Assembly: GCA_964016885.1 (NCBI GenBank)
Contig: CAXHJY010001407.1
Span: forward strand, 1-47,549
Direction of reading: 5' to 3'
Origin: Eledone cirrhosa
Taxonomy: Eukaryota
DNA: 47,549 nt
A program made the position numbers and the translations under genes. The first letter of the stretch is position 1, and each line of letters begins with the position of its first letter. Positions 1 through 15,057 of this stretch are shown piece by piece. The notes below the pieces were generated by a model that was given only the letters and a program-made list of their open reading frames with translations, did no database searches and was not told where the DNA came from.

Positions 1-335
1 TACGACTTCAGTTATACCATAAACGTGGTTTTGTCTTTGCGTGTAATTGTTCTCACCGCTCCACACCATGACGTATTATCTTCGTTTTTTCCGTTCATTA
101 CCAGAGAACGTCTCCACGAACCACCTAATAGAATATTAGTCTACGACTTCATTTATACCATAAACGTAGTTTTGTCTTTGCGTGTAATTGTTTTCTGCGC
201 ACCAAATAATGACGTATTATCTTCGTTTTTTTTCCGTTCTTTGCCAGGGAACGTTTCCACGAACCAAAGTATCGTCTTCCTGTCTTCCTTCGGTTGCAAT
301 GTTTTTCGAAATATTTACTTCTGCGTTCACAGATT
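1..335 (-). mobile_element. Fragment related to Helitron family B with internal duplication
   Basis: Reverse complement resembles 37855-38062; 1-122 is repeated at about 142-263. Confidence 0.6.
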
Positions 336-520
336 GATTTTTTTAGTTTCAGAAAATCCCGTTAAGGGTGAAAGCAGCGATTCTTTGCTTAAACTTTAAT
401 CTGTTATTTTAATAAATATTTGCTCTACGGTTCTTATATATTTGATATATATTTATCCTTATCGATCCCTCTTTGGATTTTAGTCTTCAAATTTATTATT
501 ATTACTATATATATATATAA

Positions 521-609
<89 letters not shown>

Positions 610-755
610 AACCAGTAAGACCCCGACAGCTGAGCTCAAGCTTTTTTCCTATTACCCACTCTACTACCTCAAGTATTGAGTACTTTGGTGCGTTATGGTC
701 CACCTGGTTCCTTACCACATTTCCTTCGTTATATATATATATATATATATATACG

Positions 756-787
<32 letters not shown>

Positions 788-802
788 AACACACACCTAT
801 AC

Positions 803-841
<39 letters not shown>

Positions 842-858
842 TATATACACACACACCC

Positions 859-891
<33 letters not shown>

Positions 892-923
892 CATACATAT
901 ATACATATATATATATATACATA

Positions 924-2450
924 CTAGCATTAAAGCCCGGCGTTGCTCGGGGTCATTAAGTTACCAAAGTTAGGTTGCACCACCCATTTTATGGCACCAT
1001 TTTTTTGTCTGCCAGGCACTGGGTGAATGAATTGCAGACCTGGAAGCATGAGCTGCGCCAGCAGTGACAATTGTAGTTTCGCCTATGGATATTATCTCTG
1101 TGCAAAAAAGTGTTGAAATTTATGGTTTCACAGTACTTGCGCAACACGCGCGTAGACGATGCCAGCCGAACAACAGAGCTGCGATGGAGTTGTTCTGCAT
1201 GTTTGTCTGTGTGTTTTCTAAATTTAAGACAGTAGGGAGGGTTGTGATATGAGGAAGAGTTAGCTGTTGTTTCTAGCAGGTTTAGTGACCTCATAGAGGA
1301 TATGTGTTTTCTAAATTTAAGACAGTAGGGAGTGGTGTGATATGGGGGAGAGTTAGCTGCTGTTTCTAGCAGGGTTTAGTGACCTCATAGAAGATATGTT
1401 TTCTAAATTTAAGACAGTAGGGAGGGGTGTGATATGGGGGAGAGTTAGCTGCTGTTTCTAGCAGGTTTAGTGACCTCATAGAGGATATTATTGTTTATCA
1501 TTATCTATAAAAGGCAGATTGTTGTTGTTGTTGTGTGTGTGCACATGTTCCATGTTTATACATTTGCACAATTTCAAACCGATTCGACTCAAAAGTTCGT
1601 TGAGAGGTTTTAAAAAAGATTTATCGCTTGTTGTTGAATAAATGTATCTGTTGCTTTTGAATAATTGTCGTTTCGTATGAAATGTAATAATTGTTTCTAC
1701 TTTTTTGGCACAAGGCCAGCAATTCACCAGTACATTACTGGTACTTTATGTAATAATAAACGTTCTCTCTCTCACTCCCTCTCACTCTCTTCTCTCTCTC
1801 TCTCTCTTCGGCAATCACGCACGTTGTTTAATTGCTTTAAATGTTGTTAATGAATAGTCGTGTATTTGTGGTTATAAATCCCGCACGTTGTTTAATTGCT
1901 TTACATTTTTTTTTATCAATTTATGTGAGTGTGTGTTTGTATTTATTTGTAAATAAATCATTAAGCTTGAAGCAAATAAAAGTTAGTGTGGTTATAAATC
2001 ACGCACGTTGTTTAATTGCTTTAAATGTTTTTTTATCATTTGAAGTGAGTGTGTGTTTGTATGCGTTTGGAAATAAATCAGTAAGTTTGAAGTATAAAAG
2101 AGAAAGTAGCAAAATGTGTGGGTTGTAGATAGAGGTAAGCAGATGATATGAGAGAGTAAAACGGACAGTATCACCATCAAGCTTGGAAAGAGAAAGTAGC
2201 AGAAAGTATGAAGTTGTATAGATTTTGAATGGTAATGGAAAGAGTTTAGCACTTTAAATGACAGAGAAAAATCGTAAAATATTGATTTTTATCTATTTTT
2301 TGCGTAATTGTGGGTGAAATTGAAAAATTTATCTGTGCCAAGACGCAATCGAAGCTATTTCGAATACTGAATTGTAAATTTCAATTGAAGAAATTCTATA
2401 TCGTAGATTTCTATAACAAAGGAGCATGTCCATACACTGAGCTTTATAGA
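924..2450 (-). mobile_element. Non-autonomous Helitron family A (composite/rearranged copy)
   Basis: Minus-strand 3' end CCCGAGCAACGCCGGG...CTAG|T at 924 and 5' A|TCTATAAAG at 2450; 924-1300 closely matches 46237-46620. Confidence 0.65.
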
Positions 2451-2481
2451 TTATGATACACACACACACACACACATATAT

Positions 2482-2555
<74 letters not shown>

Positions 2556-2559
<4 letters not shown>

Positions 2560-2747
2560 ATTGTTTCTACTTTTGGCACAAGGCCAGCAATTACCCAGTG
2601 CATTACTGCTACTTTATTTTATCGACCCCGTAAGGATGAAAGGCAAATAAACCTTGGCGGGATTTGAACTCAGAATGGCAAGGACCATAACTCTATGCGC
2701 TAAAGCATGGCGTCCGACCCTCTACCCATACTGCCAATCCACCGCCA
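2556..2747 (-). mobile_element. tRNA-derived SINE (Meta/Nin-domain-like core)
   Basis: Reverse complement of the family with A box TGGCAGTATCGG, B box GAGTTCAAATCC and core TTTGCCTTTCATCCTTACGGGGTCGATAAAATAAAGTACCAG. Confidence 0.8.
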
Positions 2748-2768
2748 TTATATTTATATATATATATA

Positions 2769-3148
2769 AGGGCGGTGGATTGGCAGTATCGGTAGAGGAT
2801 CGGACGCCATTCTTTCTAGCATAGTTACGTCCCTTTACAGTCTGATTTCAAATCCTGCCGAGGTTAACTTTGCCTTTCATCCTTACGGGGTCGATAAAAT
2901 AAAGTACCAGTAATGTACTGGGTAATTGCTGGCCTTGTGCCTAAAGTAGAAACAATTAAGGGCGGTGGATTGGCAGTATCAGTAGAGGGTCGGACACCAT
3001 GCTTTCCAGCATAGTTACGTCCCTTTACGATCTGAGTTCAAATCCCGCCGAGGTTGACTTTGCCTTTCATCCTTACGAGGTCGATAAAATAAAGTACCAG
3101 TAATGCACTGGGTAATTGCTGGCCTTGTGCCAAAAGTAGAAACAATTA
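2769..3148 (+). mobile_element. Two tandem copies of the same SINE
   Basis: Two head-to-tail copies of about 190 bp ending GTAGAAACAATTA. Confidence 0.85.
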
Positions 3149-3371
3149 TATTTATATATATATATATATATATATATAATAATAATAAGGGTTGACGGAC
3201 CCAGCATATTTATCAATGCCAGTACCGGTTGTATCTCAGCGCACTCAATGGGCAATGTAAGATACATTACCAGAGTATACACATAGTTATTTCCCACTCT
3301 ACTACTCTAAGTATGACCCCCGACGGCAGAGCTCAAGCCGTTTCGACGGCTATTTCTGGACTCGGTGGTGC

Positions 3372-3416
3372 GGGGCTCTGATGATCGCCAACACCGTGAA
3401 ACAGGCTGTTAGCTTC
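3372..3416 (+). ncRNA. Putative type I hammerhead ribozyme
   Basis: GGGGCT-CTGATGA-TCGCCAACACCGT-GAA-ACAGGCTGT-T^AGCTTC; stems I and III pair, stem II is weak. Confidence 0.6.
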
Positions 3417-3956
3417 TCTCTCTTCTTTCGCCGAAAAGAAGTAAGTGACATAGTCACTACTTTAAAACCGATAGTGTATGGTCTTAAAAATGTTTTTAAT
3501 TAAACATACGGTATATTGCCAAATATACTATACATACATTCATGTATACATCGCTATTTCAGAGCATCAATCCTAATATATATATATACTCATACACACA
3601 CATGTATACGTAGGAAAATGTGGCAAGTGTCACAACACAATAATCGTATATGGCGTCTATCTTTGATTTCTCGCTATAATTCAGCGCCATCTACATAGAA
3701 ATCTTAATATGGCCGCCGACTCTAACAGGTCATCTTAAACAAATCATACAACATAATTCAGAACGCAAAGAATCCCAAAATATATTGATTGCCGCTACTT
3801 CAGTCATTTCACTTCGTTCTTTGGCTTCTTGAAATACCAAGGAACCTAACGATTTTTTATGCCCTCCTTGAACCAGTAATAACATTGGGTTTGTTGGTTT
3901 GATTTTTGACAAAGTCAAGTCACATGCTCTGCCAACTTTGTCCTGATAGAAAAAGA

Positions 3957-4016
3957 AGAAATTCTTCAAGAAATTCTTCAAGAAATTCTTCAAGAAATTC
4001 TTCAAGAAATTCTTTA
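3957..4016. repeat. 12-bp tandem repeat (AAGAAATTCTTC), about 5 copies
   Basis: Read directly. Confidence 0.85.
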
Positions 4017-4299
4017 AGTTTTGTTGGCCCTCTCATTAATATATTTATATCATTTCTAAACAATTTTGAAAATATTCAAGAATTTGTAGGTATTCAGTAA
4101 TATAACTATTTCATTATCAGTAATGGTTATGAGATTGTTAGTAATATAACTAACAATCTCATAACATAAACATTTTAAAAACGTTCATTACCATAGTTCT
4201 AATAACGGTCACTGTGACTTTAATATAAATTTGAAAAAAAAAAAACACGAATTTTTGGGGATTTAGTAATATAACTAAATTTTTCATTGTTACGTTGAT

Positions 4300-4522
4300 T
4301 AGGGTGGTAGATTGGCAGAATCGGTAGATGCTTTGTGGCATAGAATTACGACCCTTTACGTCCTGTGATCAAATCCCGCCGAGGTTAGCCTAGTTTTTCC
4401 GCCTTACGGGATCGATAAAATAAAATAAAGCACCAGTAATTTACTGGGTCGTTTTAATCGATTTATCACTTTCTTAAAATTGCCAAAATTGCTGGCCTTC
4501 TACTTAAATCTGAAGCCATTAT
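4300..4522 (+). mobile_element. Older copy of the same SINE
   Basis: Degenerate A/B boxes and core. Confidence 0.65.
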
Positions 4523-5098
4523 TACGTTGATGTTTGCAACATAACTTAACAAAGGTCCTTACGTAAAATTATATTGGGAGGTTTTTAGAGGTTTTTAGAT
4601 AAATATTTTTTTAACCCTTTCTTTTATATATTTATTTATATATTTCTAGGGGGAAAAAACCGCCTAGGATTTTAAAAATAATTTGGGAAATAACCACACA
4701 CACACACATATATATATATATATAATAAAGAAAGTGTGGTAAGATACCAGGTGGACCATAAAGGACCAGAGTACTCGATACTTAGGGTAGTAGAGTGGGT
4801 AATCGGGGAAGGGATAGAGAAAGAGGGGCAGACCCTTAAATGTGTTTTCCGTGCTATTTCCAGCTTCACCTTTTCTCTCTCTCTCTCTCACGCACACTCA
4901 CCCCATCTCTCTCTCTATATATATATATATTTATATATATTTTTTCTATACCTGTATATATATATGTTTTCTATACCTTTCATTTATATATATATATAAA
5001 AGATACTGAAGCGAAAAGCGAAAACCGACCACCAAACAGTGAGTGTGTTCTGTTATTAATTCTGGCAATATTACACAAATATGACCCTCCCCAAGTAT

Positions 5099-5914
<816 letters not shown>

Positions 5915-6010
5915 AAAGTTATATTTAAAATCACTGCCAAATCAACTTCCCAAATGCAAGTCGATTGAAAGGTATGTCGTATCTATTTATTTATAAGACT
6001 GTTTATATTG

Positions 6011-6076
6011 TATTTTGTCTGAAGAAGGCATAACATATTGTTAATATGATATCCCTGAAATATATATAATGAAATA
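6011..6076 (+). ncRNA. Type I hammerhead motif, PLE pLTR family A
   Basis: TATTTTGT-CTGAAGA-AGG...CCT-GAA-ATATATAT-A^ATGAAATA. Confidence 0.7.
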
Positions 6077-6113
6077 AATATGGTTTTATAAATATAGTTT
6101 CCATTTATTTAAT

Positions 6114-6191
<78 letters not shown>

Positions 6192-6434
6192 ACAATTAGT
6201 TTTTCTTAAATAAAAGAACGAAATGTCTTACACAGGGGAAAATATAACGAAAAGAAATCGAAAATGCAACTGGAGTCTTTTTAAGAATATTTATTTATTT
6301 CCTTTACCGGTTTCACAGTCTGTATACATATATGTATGTACGTCTGTATACATATATGTATGTACGTGTACATACTTATATTTAAGTAACAGCTGTACTA
6401 AGAGTGGGAAATAAAATTTCGTTTCATTTTTTCC

Positions 6435-6512
<78 letters not shown>

Positions 6513-6519
6513 GTATATA

Positions 6520-6602
<83 letters not shown>

Positions 6603-6698
6603 AAAGTTATATTTAAAATCACTGCCAAATCAACTTCCCAAATGCAAGTCGATTGAAAGGTATGTCGTATCTATTTATTTATAAGACTGTTTATATTG

Positions 6699-6764
6699 TA
6701 TTTTGTCTGAAGAAGGCATAACATATTGTTAATATGATATCCCTGAAATATATATAATGAAATA
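6699..6764 (+). ncRNA. Type I hammerhead motif, family A (duplicate of 6011-6076)
   Basis: Same sequence as 6011-6076 inside a local direct duplication. Confidence 0.7.
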
Positions 6765-6801
6765 AATATGGTTTTATAAATATAGTTTCCATTTATTTAA
6801 T

Positions 6802-6859
<58 letters not shown>

Positions 6860-7351
6860 ACAATTAGTTTTTCTTAAATAAAAGAACGAAATGTCTTACA
6901 CAGGGGAAAATATAACGAAAAGAAATCGAAAATGCAACTGGAGTCTTTTTAAGAATATTTATTTATTTCCTTTACCGGTTTCACAGTCCTTATGCTTTTC
7001 AAAAGTAGAATTGAGATGGAGGGTTTGTGGTTTCTCTCTTAACTTATTTGATCTATCTTGTTAATTTCTTGACGTCATCACTGTCATCGAATTCTTCCAT
7101 TACATAGTTATTGTTGTTGTTGTAGTTGTTTTTATAGTGAGGATGTTGATAATGGTGATGATGATGATGATGATGATGATGACGGTGATATTGGTGAGGA
7201 TAATGATAATGAGATGATGGTGATAATGTTGATGGTAAGGGTGATGATGATGATGTTGATGATGATGATGAGGGTGAGGATGATGATGATGGTAGTGGTG
7301 GTGCTGATGACGACGATGATGATGGTGATGATGGTGATGGTGATAATGATG

Positions 7352-8372
7352 ACTTTAAAGAATAGCTTTGCTGAAGGTGTTTTAAAGCTTAATGTGAATT
7401 GGGGAGAGTACCAAATAATATTTCTAGTTCTAGTTTTTTTGTTTGGTTTAGTGTTTAAGTTAATACTAGGATGATATGTCATGTTATTGTTATCTATGTA
7501 TTTAATTCTATTTCAGTATCCTGCTCTATGTAAAGCCTCATTATAATACTCAGCCTTATCATCAAAAATATTTTTATTAGCGGTGATACATGAAATCCGT
7601 TGTTGAACGCTATTGACAATAGTGTTTTTAATATTTCTAGGATGATTAGAATTGAAAGTTACATAACTTAGATTTTCGTTAATTTTAGGGAAAGGATAGT
7701 AAAGACCTATGCTAAGGTTTAAAGTTACATCTAAGAAGTTAACGATTTTATAGTTATTCTCTATTTCTAACTTAAGATTGTAGTTGTTGAAAAATTGTAT
7801 TATGGATTTTCTTTTCCTATTAATTTCACTATTGCTATGGTATTCAGTTAAAAGCAACATATCGTCACGATATAAACATCCGGTCATTTCTGGCATTTTC
7901 CTATGCAGTACATTATTAATAAATAATCCAACGAGGTCTGTAAGTTGCGCCGAGTAAGATGATTCCATAGTGATATCAAAATTGTTTTTCTGTCGGCTCT
8001 TGTCCAGAGATGATTATTAAATTCTATTATTGTTTTACGTGCTGTTAGAATTATATTCATTTCATCACTAGATAAGTCTGTATGTTTAGACTCGTAGATA
8101 ACTACCTTATTAAGTAAACTAGGGGTAATAGAGGAATAATAATTATAAGTAGTGGTATAATTCTATTAAATATATGTTTGCTAATTATGCCTAAGTCGGA
8201 TTTAGATGGTGCGATGAGTCTGACTGGTAGTTCAATTTCAAAATTTCTTTTGTGGTCCTTCAGGTTAATTTTCGGTTTTCTAGGTATAAAGGGTTCAGTC
8301 CTATTTTGGATGCCTAATTTGTAAATAATTTCAGAAGCTTTTCTATTTAACGTTGAAAGGTCTTCATTTGAA
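7352..8372 (-). mobile_element. Penelope-like element reverse transcriptase fragment (disrupted)
   Basis: Translations LKDHKRNF..PVRLIAPSKSDLGIISK, FDITMESSYSAQLTDLVGLF, LYRDD, VNFLDVTLNL, SNHP and RNIIWYSPQF are typical PLE RT/thumb motifs; stops and a deletion are present. Confidence 0.88.
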
Positions 8373-8643
8373 ATGTTTCCCCCCAAAATTAACGTAAATG
8401 CTAGCTCTTCTTCCTTTCTCTTCTTTCCTACGCATACAATAACTTATCATAATTATTTAAATTTTCCATAGCGTCTAAAATAATGTTTTTTTCAGCCCTT
8501 TTATTTAAACCTCATTTGCATACACATCTTAATAATTTGAAATATCTGACTTTTCTTCTCTTATCCCTTCACTATCCAAGGATAACTTGAACTGTTAAGG
8601 TATATTCTCCTTGGTTATGTCAAAATTTATAAAACACACTTCG

Positions 8644-8704
8644 TATTTTATCTGATGATAGCGTACCAAAATGTTGGTACCCTTGAAATATATATAATAG
8701 AATA
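8644..8704 (+). ncRNA. Type I hammerhead motif, family A
   Basis: TATTTTAT-CTGATGA-TAGCGTACCAA...TTGGTACCCTT-GAA-ATATATAT-A^ATAGAATA; in a pLTR-like segment next to the PLE RT fragment. Confidence 0.72.
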
Positions 8705-8894
8705 AATATGGTTTTATAAATGTAGTTTCCATTTATTTAATATCATTGTATATTATACTCCAGAAAACCTTTAGAGTGCTCTGAATCAGTTATAAACATT
8801 TATATTTGTTGAATTACCAACAAATTGAATATCCCTTCTCTGCTTATATATACATATATATATGTATATATATGTGTGTGTGTGCGTATATATA

Positions 8895-8945
<51 letters not shown>

Positions 8946-9927
8946 CCGTATATGTATATATGTGGGGGTTTATGTGTGTATGTATACATACATACACACA
9001 TTGACAGAGATACATATACACACACACACGTTGAAGGACCTCTGTCAGCTCATTATTACAGTTTTCCAATCTCGTGACTCCCACCTCCTGTGTCTCTGTG
9101 TACCTGTGCATGTGTCAGTGTGTGTGTGTGTGTGTAGGTATGTGTGTCTGTGTATGTGTGCAAGTGTGAATATGTATGAATGTGTGTGTGTAGGTATGTG
9201 TATGTAGGTATGTGTGTGTGTGTGTCTGTGTGTGTATGTGTCTGTGTGTGTATGTGTATGTGTGCATGTGTGAATATGTATGAGTGCATGTGTGTAGGTA
9301 TGTGTATGTAGGTATGTCTGTGTGTCTGTGTATGTGGCATGTGTGAATATGTATGAATGTGTGTGTGTGTAGGTATGCCTGTGTGTATGTATGTAATATG
9401 TGTGTGTCTGTGTATATGTGCATGTATGAATATGTATGAGTGTATGTGTGTCTGTGTGTGTCTGTATATGTGCGTGTGTGAATATGTGTTTGAGTGTGTG
9501 TGTGTGTGTAAAAGTGCGTTCCATTATATTTCGATTGCTTGTTTAACATATATACCTTTCAACAGAGCTGCTCTTCTCTCCCTCTCTCTCATCTCTTACT
9601 CTCTCTTTCATCTCTTACTCTCTCTCATCGCTTACTGTCTCTTTCTCTCTCACTTATCCCTTACTTTCTCTCTCTCTCTCTCTCATCTCTTACTCCTTCT
9701 CTCTCATCTCTTACTGTCTCTCTCTCTCTCATCTCTTACTGTCTCTCTCTCTCTCATCTCTTACTGTCTCTCTCTCTCATCGCTTACTGTCTCTCTCTCT
9801 CTCATCCCTTACTGTCTCTCTCTCATCTCTTACTGTCTCTCTCTCCCCCATCAACTCTCTCTCCTCCTCTATCTCACTCAACTCTCTCCCTCTCTATCTA
9901 CCTCAACTCTCTCTTTCACATCTCCCC

Positions 9928-10029
<102 letters not shown>

Positions 10030-10140
10030 AGTGAAAGCTTAGTAAAATCGAAGCCTTGGCTGCAGCCAAGCAAAATCGACCTACAATTAGGAATGTGTAG
10101 CAAAGCACTGAATTAGGGTAGGCACTCAGAGTAATAACAT

Positions 10141-10888
10141 TACGTTTAAATAGCTTGACAAATTGAAAATTGCGGCAAGCAAAACCCAGCCATACAATAC
10201 CAAAACAAAGAAAAAAGTAATCAGGTTAGACAACAGACCTGGACAAATCGAACGATATTCTGCAATAAATTTGATATGTTTTTATGGATCTGAAATCAGC
10301 AATCCAACTTACGTAATTGTAGGTCGATTTTGCTTGACCCCAGCCAAAGCTTTGATTTTACTAAGCTTCCACTTGTATTATTATCTCCTAGACCTAATAA
10401 TTAATTAATTAATTTAATTAGACAATTCTGTTGATTGGTTAATTATTTATGTTTGTTTAATAACGTCTAGTCGAGAGCTTTTATTCGGAATGTTGAGCGG
10501 AATTATTTTCCTTTGTTAACACTTTGAAATTACCCGCCAAATGCCGGGGGTTACTTCCCTTGTTGGAAATAACACGTGACAACGAAAGACTAAAGGCTGT
10601 CTATTGTAACAGTTTTCATTGAGTTGCAGTTCACACCGGTTTGAGGCATAGAACGAAATACCTGTCGATGACGTGAATCCCCTGTTCGATCATAGAATAC
10701 CACAAGCTTACGTATTACGTAAGTTGGATTGATGATTTCGGATTCCATAGAAACATATCGGACGTATTGCAGAATATCGTTCAATTTGTCCAGGTCTGTT
10801 GTCTAACCTGATTAGTTTTTTCGTTGTTTTGGTATTGTATGGCTGGGTTTTGCCTGCCGCAATTTTTAATTTGTCAAGCTATCTAAAC

Positions 10889-10891
<3 letters not shown>
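10141..10891. mobile_element. MITE-like element with imperfect terminal inverted repeats of about 175 bp
   Basis: 10141-10317 is the reverse complement of 10714-10891; TA at both ends; non-coding. An overlapping second inverted pair is 10026-10089 / 10314-10377. Confidence 0.6.
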
Positions 10892-10985
<94 letters not shown>

Positions 10986-11067
10986 GGAGGTGAGTTTTAA
11001 ATCAACATATGTTGATTTAAAACTGCACTATCCACAAGTGTTTTTTAGCCTTCATATCATGTTCTCC

Positions 11068-11138
11068 TGTTTTATCTGATGAAAACACAAATATTATTGC
11101 ATGATGATGTTTGTTTTTGAAATGCGCATAATAAAATA
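11068..11138 (+). ncRNA. Type I hammerhead motif with long stem II
   Basis: TGTTTTAT-CTGATGA-AAACACAAATATTAT...ATGATGTTTGTTTTT-GAA-ATGCGCAT-A^ATAAAATA; palindromic stem III, 8-bp stem I. Confidence 0.78.
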
Positions 11139-11168
11139 CATGGAACTCCTTTAACCATCTTTTGATCT

Positions 11169-11232
<64 letters not shown>

Positions 11233-11486
11233 CTATCTGTTTATCAATATGTTTGATTGCATGACGACTCATATATATGTGCGGATGTTTATGCATACAT
11301 ATATATATATATATGTGTAAATATACATGTATATAATCTGTGTATATACATATATACATACATTATCATTATTATTCACAGCAATATTAACAGTAATGAT
11401 AATAACAACCTTTGAAGGTTTAGTAAAATTATCGAGTCTGTCTATATATATATATATATAAATAAGTATATATTAATAAATTTATA

Positions 11487-11530
<44 letters not shown>

Positions 11531-11534
11531 ATAT

Positions 11535-11591
<57 letters not shown>

Positions 11592-11602
11592 ATATATAAT
11601 AT

Positions 11603-11751
<149 letters not shown>

Positions 11752-12484
11752 CAGACATCACTGATATATATTATTGAGTAAATAATATGGAAAGGTTATG
11801 TTTATGTCAATCCTTCCTCAATCAGTTTACATATATATATATAATTTATCTATATTAAGACTGATGTTTTTGTTCGCTGTCACGCTTAGCAGATATTGTG
11901 GAGGGAGGAGACTGTCAAACGACAAACAGAGGGTATATGATAGCAGACTTGTTCTTTGGAGATGGATGGAGGGTGAGGTGATTATCACGTTTTGCTGTCT
12001 GACAAACAGGAGAAAGAGTGATTGAGAGAAGGAAAAATGAGAACAGGTTGTAGTAGGCTTAGCTATATGTTGCTTTAAGTAAGCTTTATATACACAGTGT
12101 TACTATGAATATTGTGATAAAAGAAATTCTGGAATAATGATATTTACTTGTAAACCATTCGGTTGTCTCCTATTTTATTAACACGCTGAGAGTAAACTGA
12201 AAAACTGAAACGGAATCTGGAAAATAGCGAAATGTACTCAGTTTATATATCTACGTTCTACACACACTACTATGTGTTTTTGTTTGTGTATACACACTGT
12301 CATATACACACAATGATATACACTGCGATATACACTCGTTGCTATGTATAATAATTCGTATATATACAATGCTATGTAATATAATTTGTGTATGTACACT
12401 CATATATACCTTAGTTAGTATGTGTATATACACTGCTACATACATTGGTGTGTGCGTGTATATACTCTGCTACGTATATTAGTT

Positions 12485-12592
<108 letters not shown>

Positions 12593-12744
12593 CATATATA
12601 CACAAATATGTATTGTAGGTCGTGTATATACATTTCTAGGTAGCTTAGTTTGTGTATATAGACTGCTATGTGTATTATTTTGTGTATATATACACTGCAA
12701 CATATCTTAGTTGGTATATACATATATATATATATATATCGACA

Positions 12745-12914
12745 GTGGATCAACTCTCGTCAAATCGGACCGAGGAAAAAATGTTTCCGTTAGTCTTTCC
12801 AATTGCTAGTACTATCTATCGGCCGAACTCCAGGTAGAAGGAGCAACGTGAAATAAAGTGTCTTGTCAAGGACATAACCCATCGCCCGGTCCAGGAATTG
12901 AACTCACAACCTTA

Positions 12915-12918
<4 letters not shown>
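12745..12918 (-). mobile_element. 5'-truncated copy of the CORE-like SINE
   Basis: Reverse complement of about 40729-40900. Confidence 0.75.
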
Positions 12919-12998
<80 letters not shown>

Positions 12999-13054
12999 CA
13001 AGTAAGAATATTTTCGAAACAGCGAGTGGGTTTCAAATTATTAGAAATGTAAGC

Positions 13055-13166
13055 TATCGCCGTATTTTGACTAAAGAAATTAAAGAAATTATTTAGCCTG
13101 ATAGTGGGGTTCTTAACCCCATTATCAGGCTAAATAATTTCTTTAATTTCTTTAGTCAAAATACGG

Positions 13167-13171
<5 letters not shown>
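13055..13171. repeat. Near-perfect palindrome
   Basis: 57-bp arms around a CTT loop at 13112-13114, one mismatch seen. Confidence 0.9.
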
Positions 13172-13260
<89 letters not shown>

Positions 13261-13368
13261 TATATATATATAATATATATATATATAATATATATATATA
13301 TAATATATATATAATATATATATATATGAAATATATATATATAATATATATATATATATGTATAATAT

Positions 13369-13517
<149 letters not shown>

Positions 13518-13545
13518 TGTTCCACAGCAGTTAGTTCACCATTAC

Positions 13546-13584
13546 CGAGAACAATTGTTTCACCTTATTCGGATCATCAGCTCG
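13546..13584 (-). ncRNA. Type I minimal hammerhead motif downstream of a PLE endonuclease remnant
   Basis: Minus strand CGAG-CTGATGA-TCCGAATAAGGT-GAA-ACAATTGT-T^CTCG, about 200 nt 3' of the PLE C-terminal fragment on the same strand. Confidence 0.72.
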
Positions 13585-13789
13585 TTTTAAATAAGGTTGT
13601 ACGGAAAAGGAAAAAAAAACAACCGTACGAATACGCATGTGCAGAAACAGTCACTTCCCAGGGGGGGGGGGGGGGTAAACACACGATACATCAGTGCGCG
13701 AGAGACAACTGTGGATGCTCAGAAGAATAATAGATTATTCATGTTATTCAGTCCAGAATATTATAGATTGTTCATGTTAATCAATCTGG

Positions 13790-14045
13790 AACTTTGAAAT
13801 TATGTAATAGGTGTTTCCAGACGGGTGGACACCGCGAAAAAAGTTCATTTCTTGCATTTATACAAGTGCTAATACGCAACATTCTCAGGATATTGATTCT
13901 TTCTTCAATGCACAGCCCACAAGATGGATTCCCATTTCCGTATGGCTTAGACTTAGTAATAACTTTCCATTGAATGAAGTAATTCACGCCTGTGTCCTTG
14001 AGGGACCATACGTAGCTCGCGAGCTTCGTGGTCACTGCTACAAAG
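13790..14045 (-). mobile_element. Penelope-like element C-terminal (GIY-YIG region) remnant
   Basis: [48 protein letters not shown]...NARNELFSRC resembles the PLE C-terminus (LSxYIWxLK...W...CxLCxxEK...NxRxELxSxC). Confidence 0.82.
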
Positions 14046-14086
14046 ATTTGTTGGTATATATACATTAATACATACCTTTCGTTTCT

Positions 14087-14204
<118 letters not shown>

Positions 14205-14266
14205 GAGGTTATATTTATGCAGAGGTTATATCTAATTTGTTGGGATTCAACAAGCTTAAAAATCTG

Positions 14267-14332
14267 TATTTTATCTGATGAAAGCGCACCATAATTTACC
14301 TTGGTCGCCCTTGAAATATATATAATAAATTA
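14267..14332 (+). ncRNA. Type I hammerhead motif, family A
   Basis: TATTTTAT-CTGATGA-AAGCGCACCA...TGGTCGCCCTT-GAA-ATATATAT-A^ATAAAT. Confidence 0.65.
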
Positions 14333-14381
14333 ATTATGGTTTTATAAATATAGTTTCCATTTATTAATATATTGTGTATAT

Positions 14382-14428
<47 letters not shown>

Positions 14429-14467
14429 CATACATACATATATATATATATATATGTATATATTACT

Positions 14468-14547
<80 letters not shown>

Positions 14548-15057
14548 GCTATCTATGGTAGTTAATGTATATACACAGATACATACATTAATCTGTGTAT
14601 ATACACTACTCTAAGAACATATTGCTTTATATAAAAACAATTTTATGTTAGAGAACAACACAAAATTGTTCCATTAGGAAACAGCGTACATTGAAGCAAT
14701 ACTTTAGTTTGGTTCCAATAAATCTCAATATTATTGTAAATATTTTATAAACGATATCAACAAAAGGATATGTTTTCATATAATTTGTTAATATATCATG
14801 ATCACAACATTTTATTGAACAATATTGTGCGTATATATATATATAAAACAATACTACATTATGTATGTATGTATGTATGTATGTATGTATGTATGTATGT
14901 ATGTATGTATGTATGTATGTATGTATGTATGTATGTATGTATGTATGTATGTATGTATGTATGCATGTATGTATGTATGTGTGCATGTATGTATGTATGT
15001 ATGTATGTATGTATGTATGTATGTATGTATGTATGTATGTATGTATGTATGTTTGTA

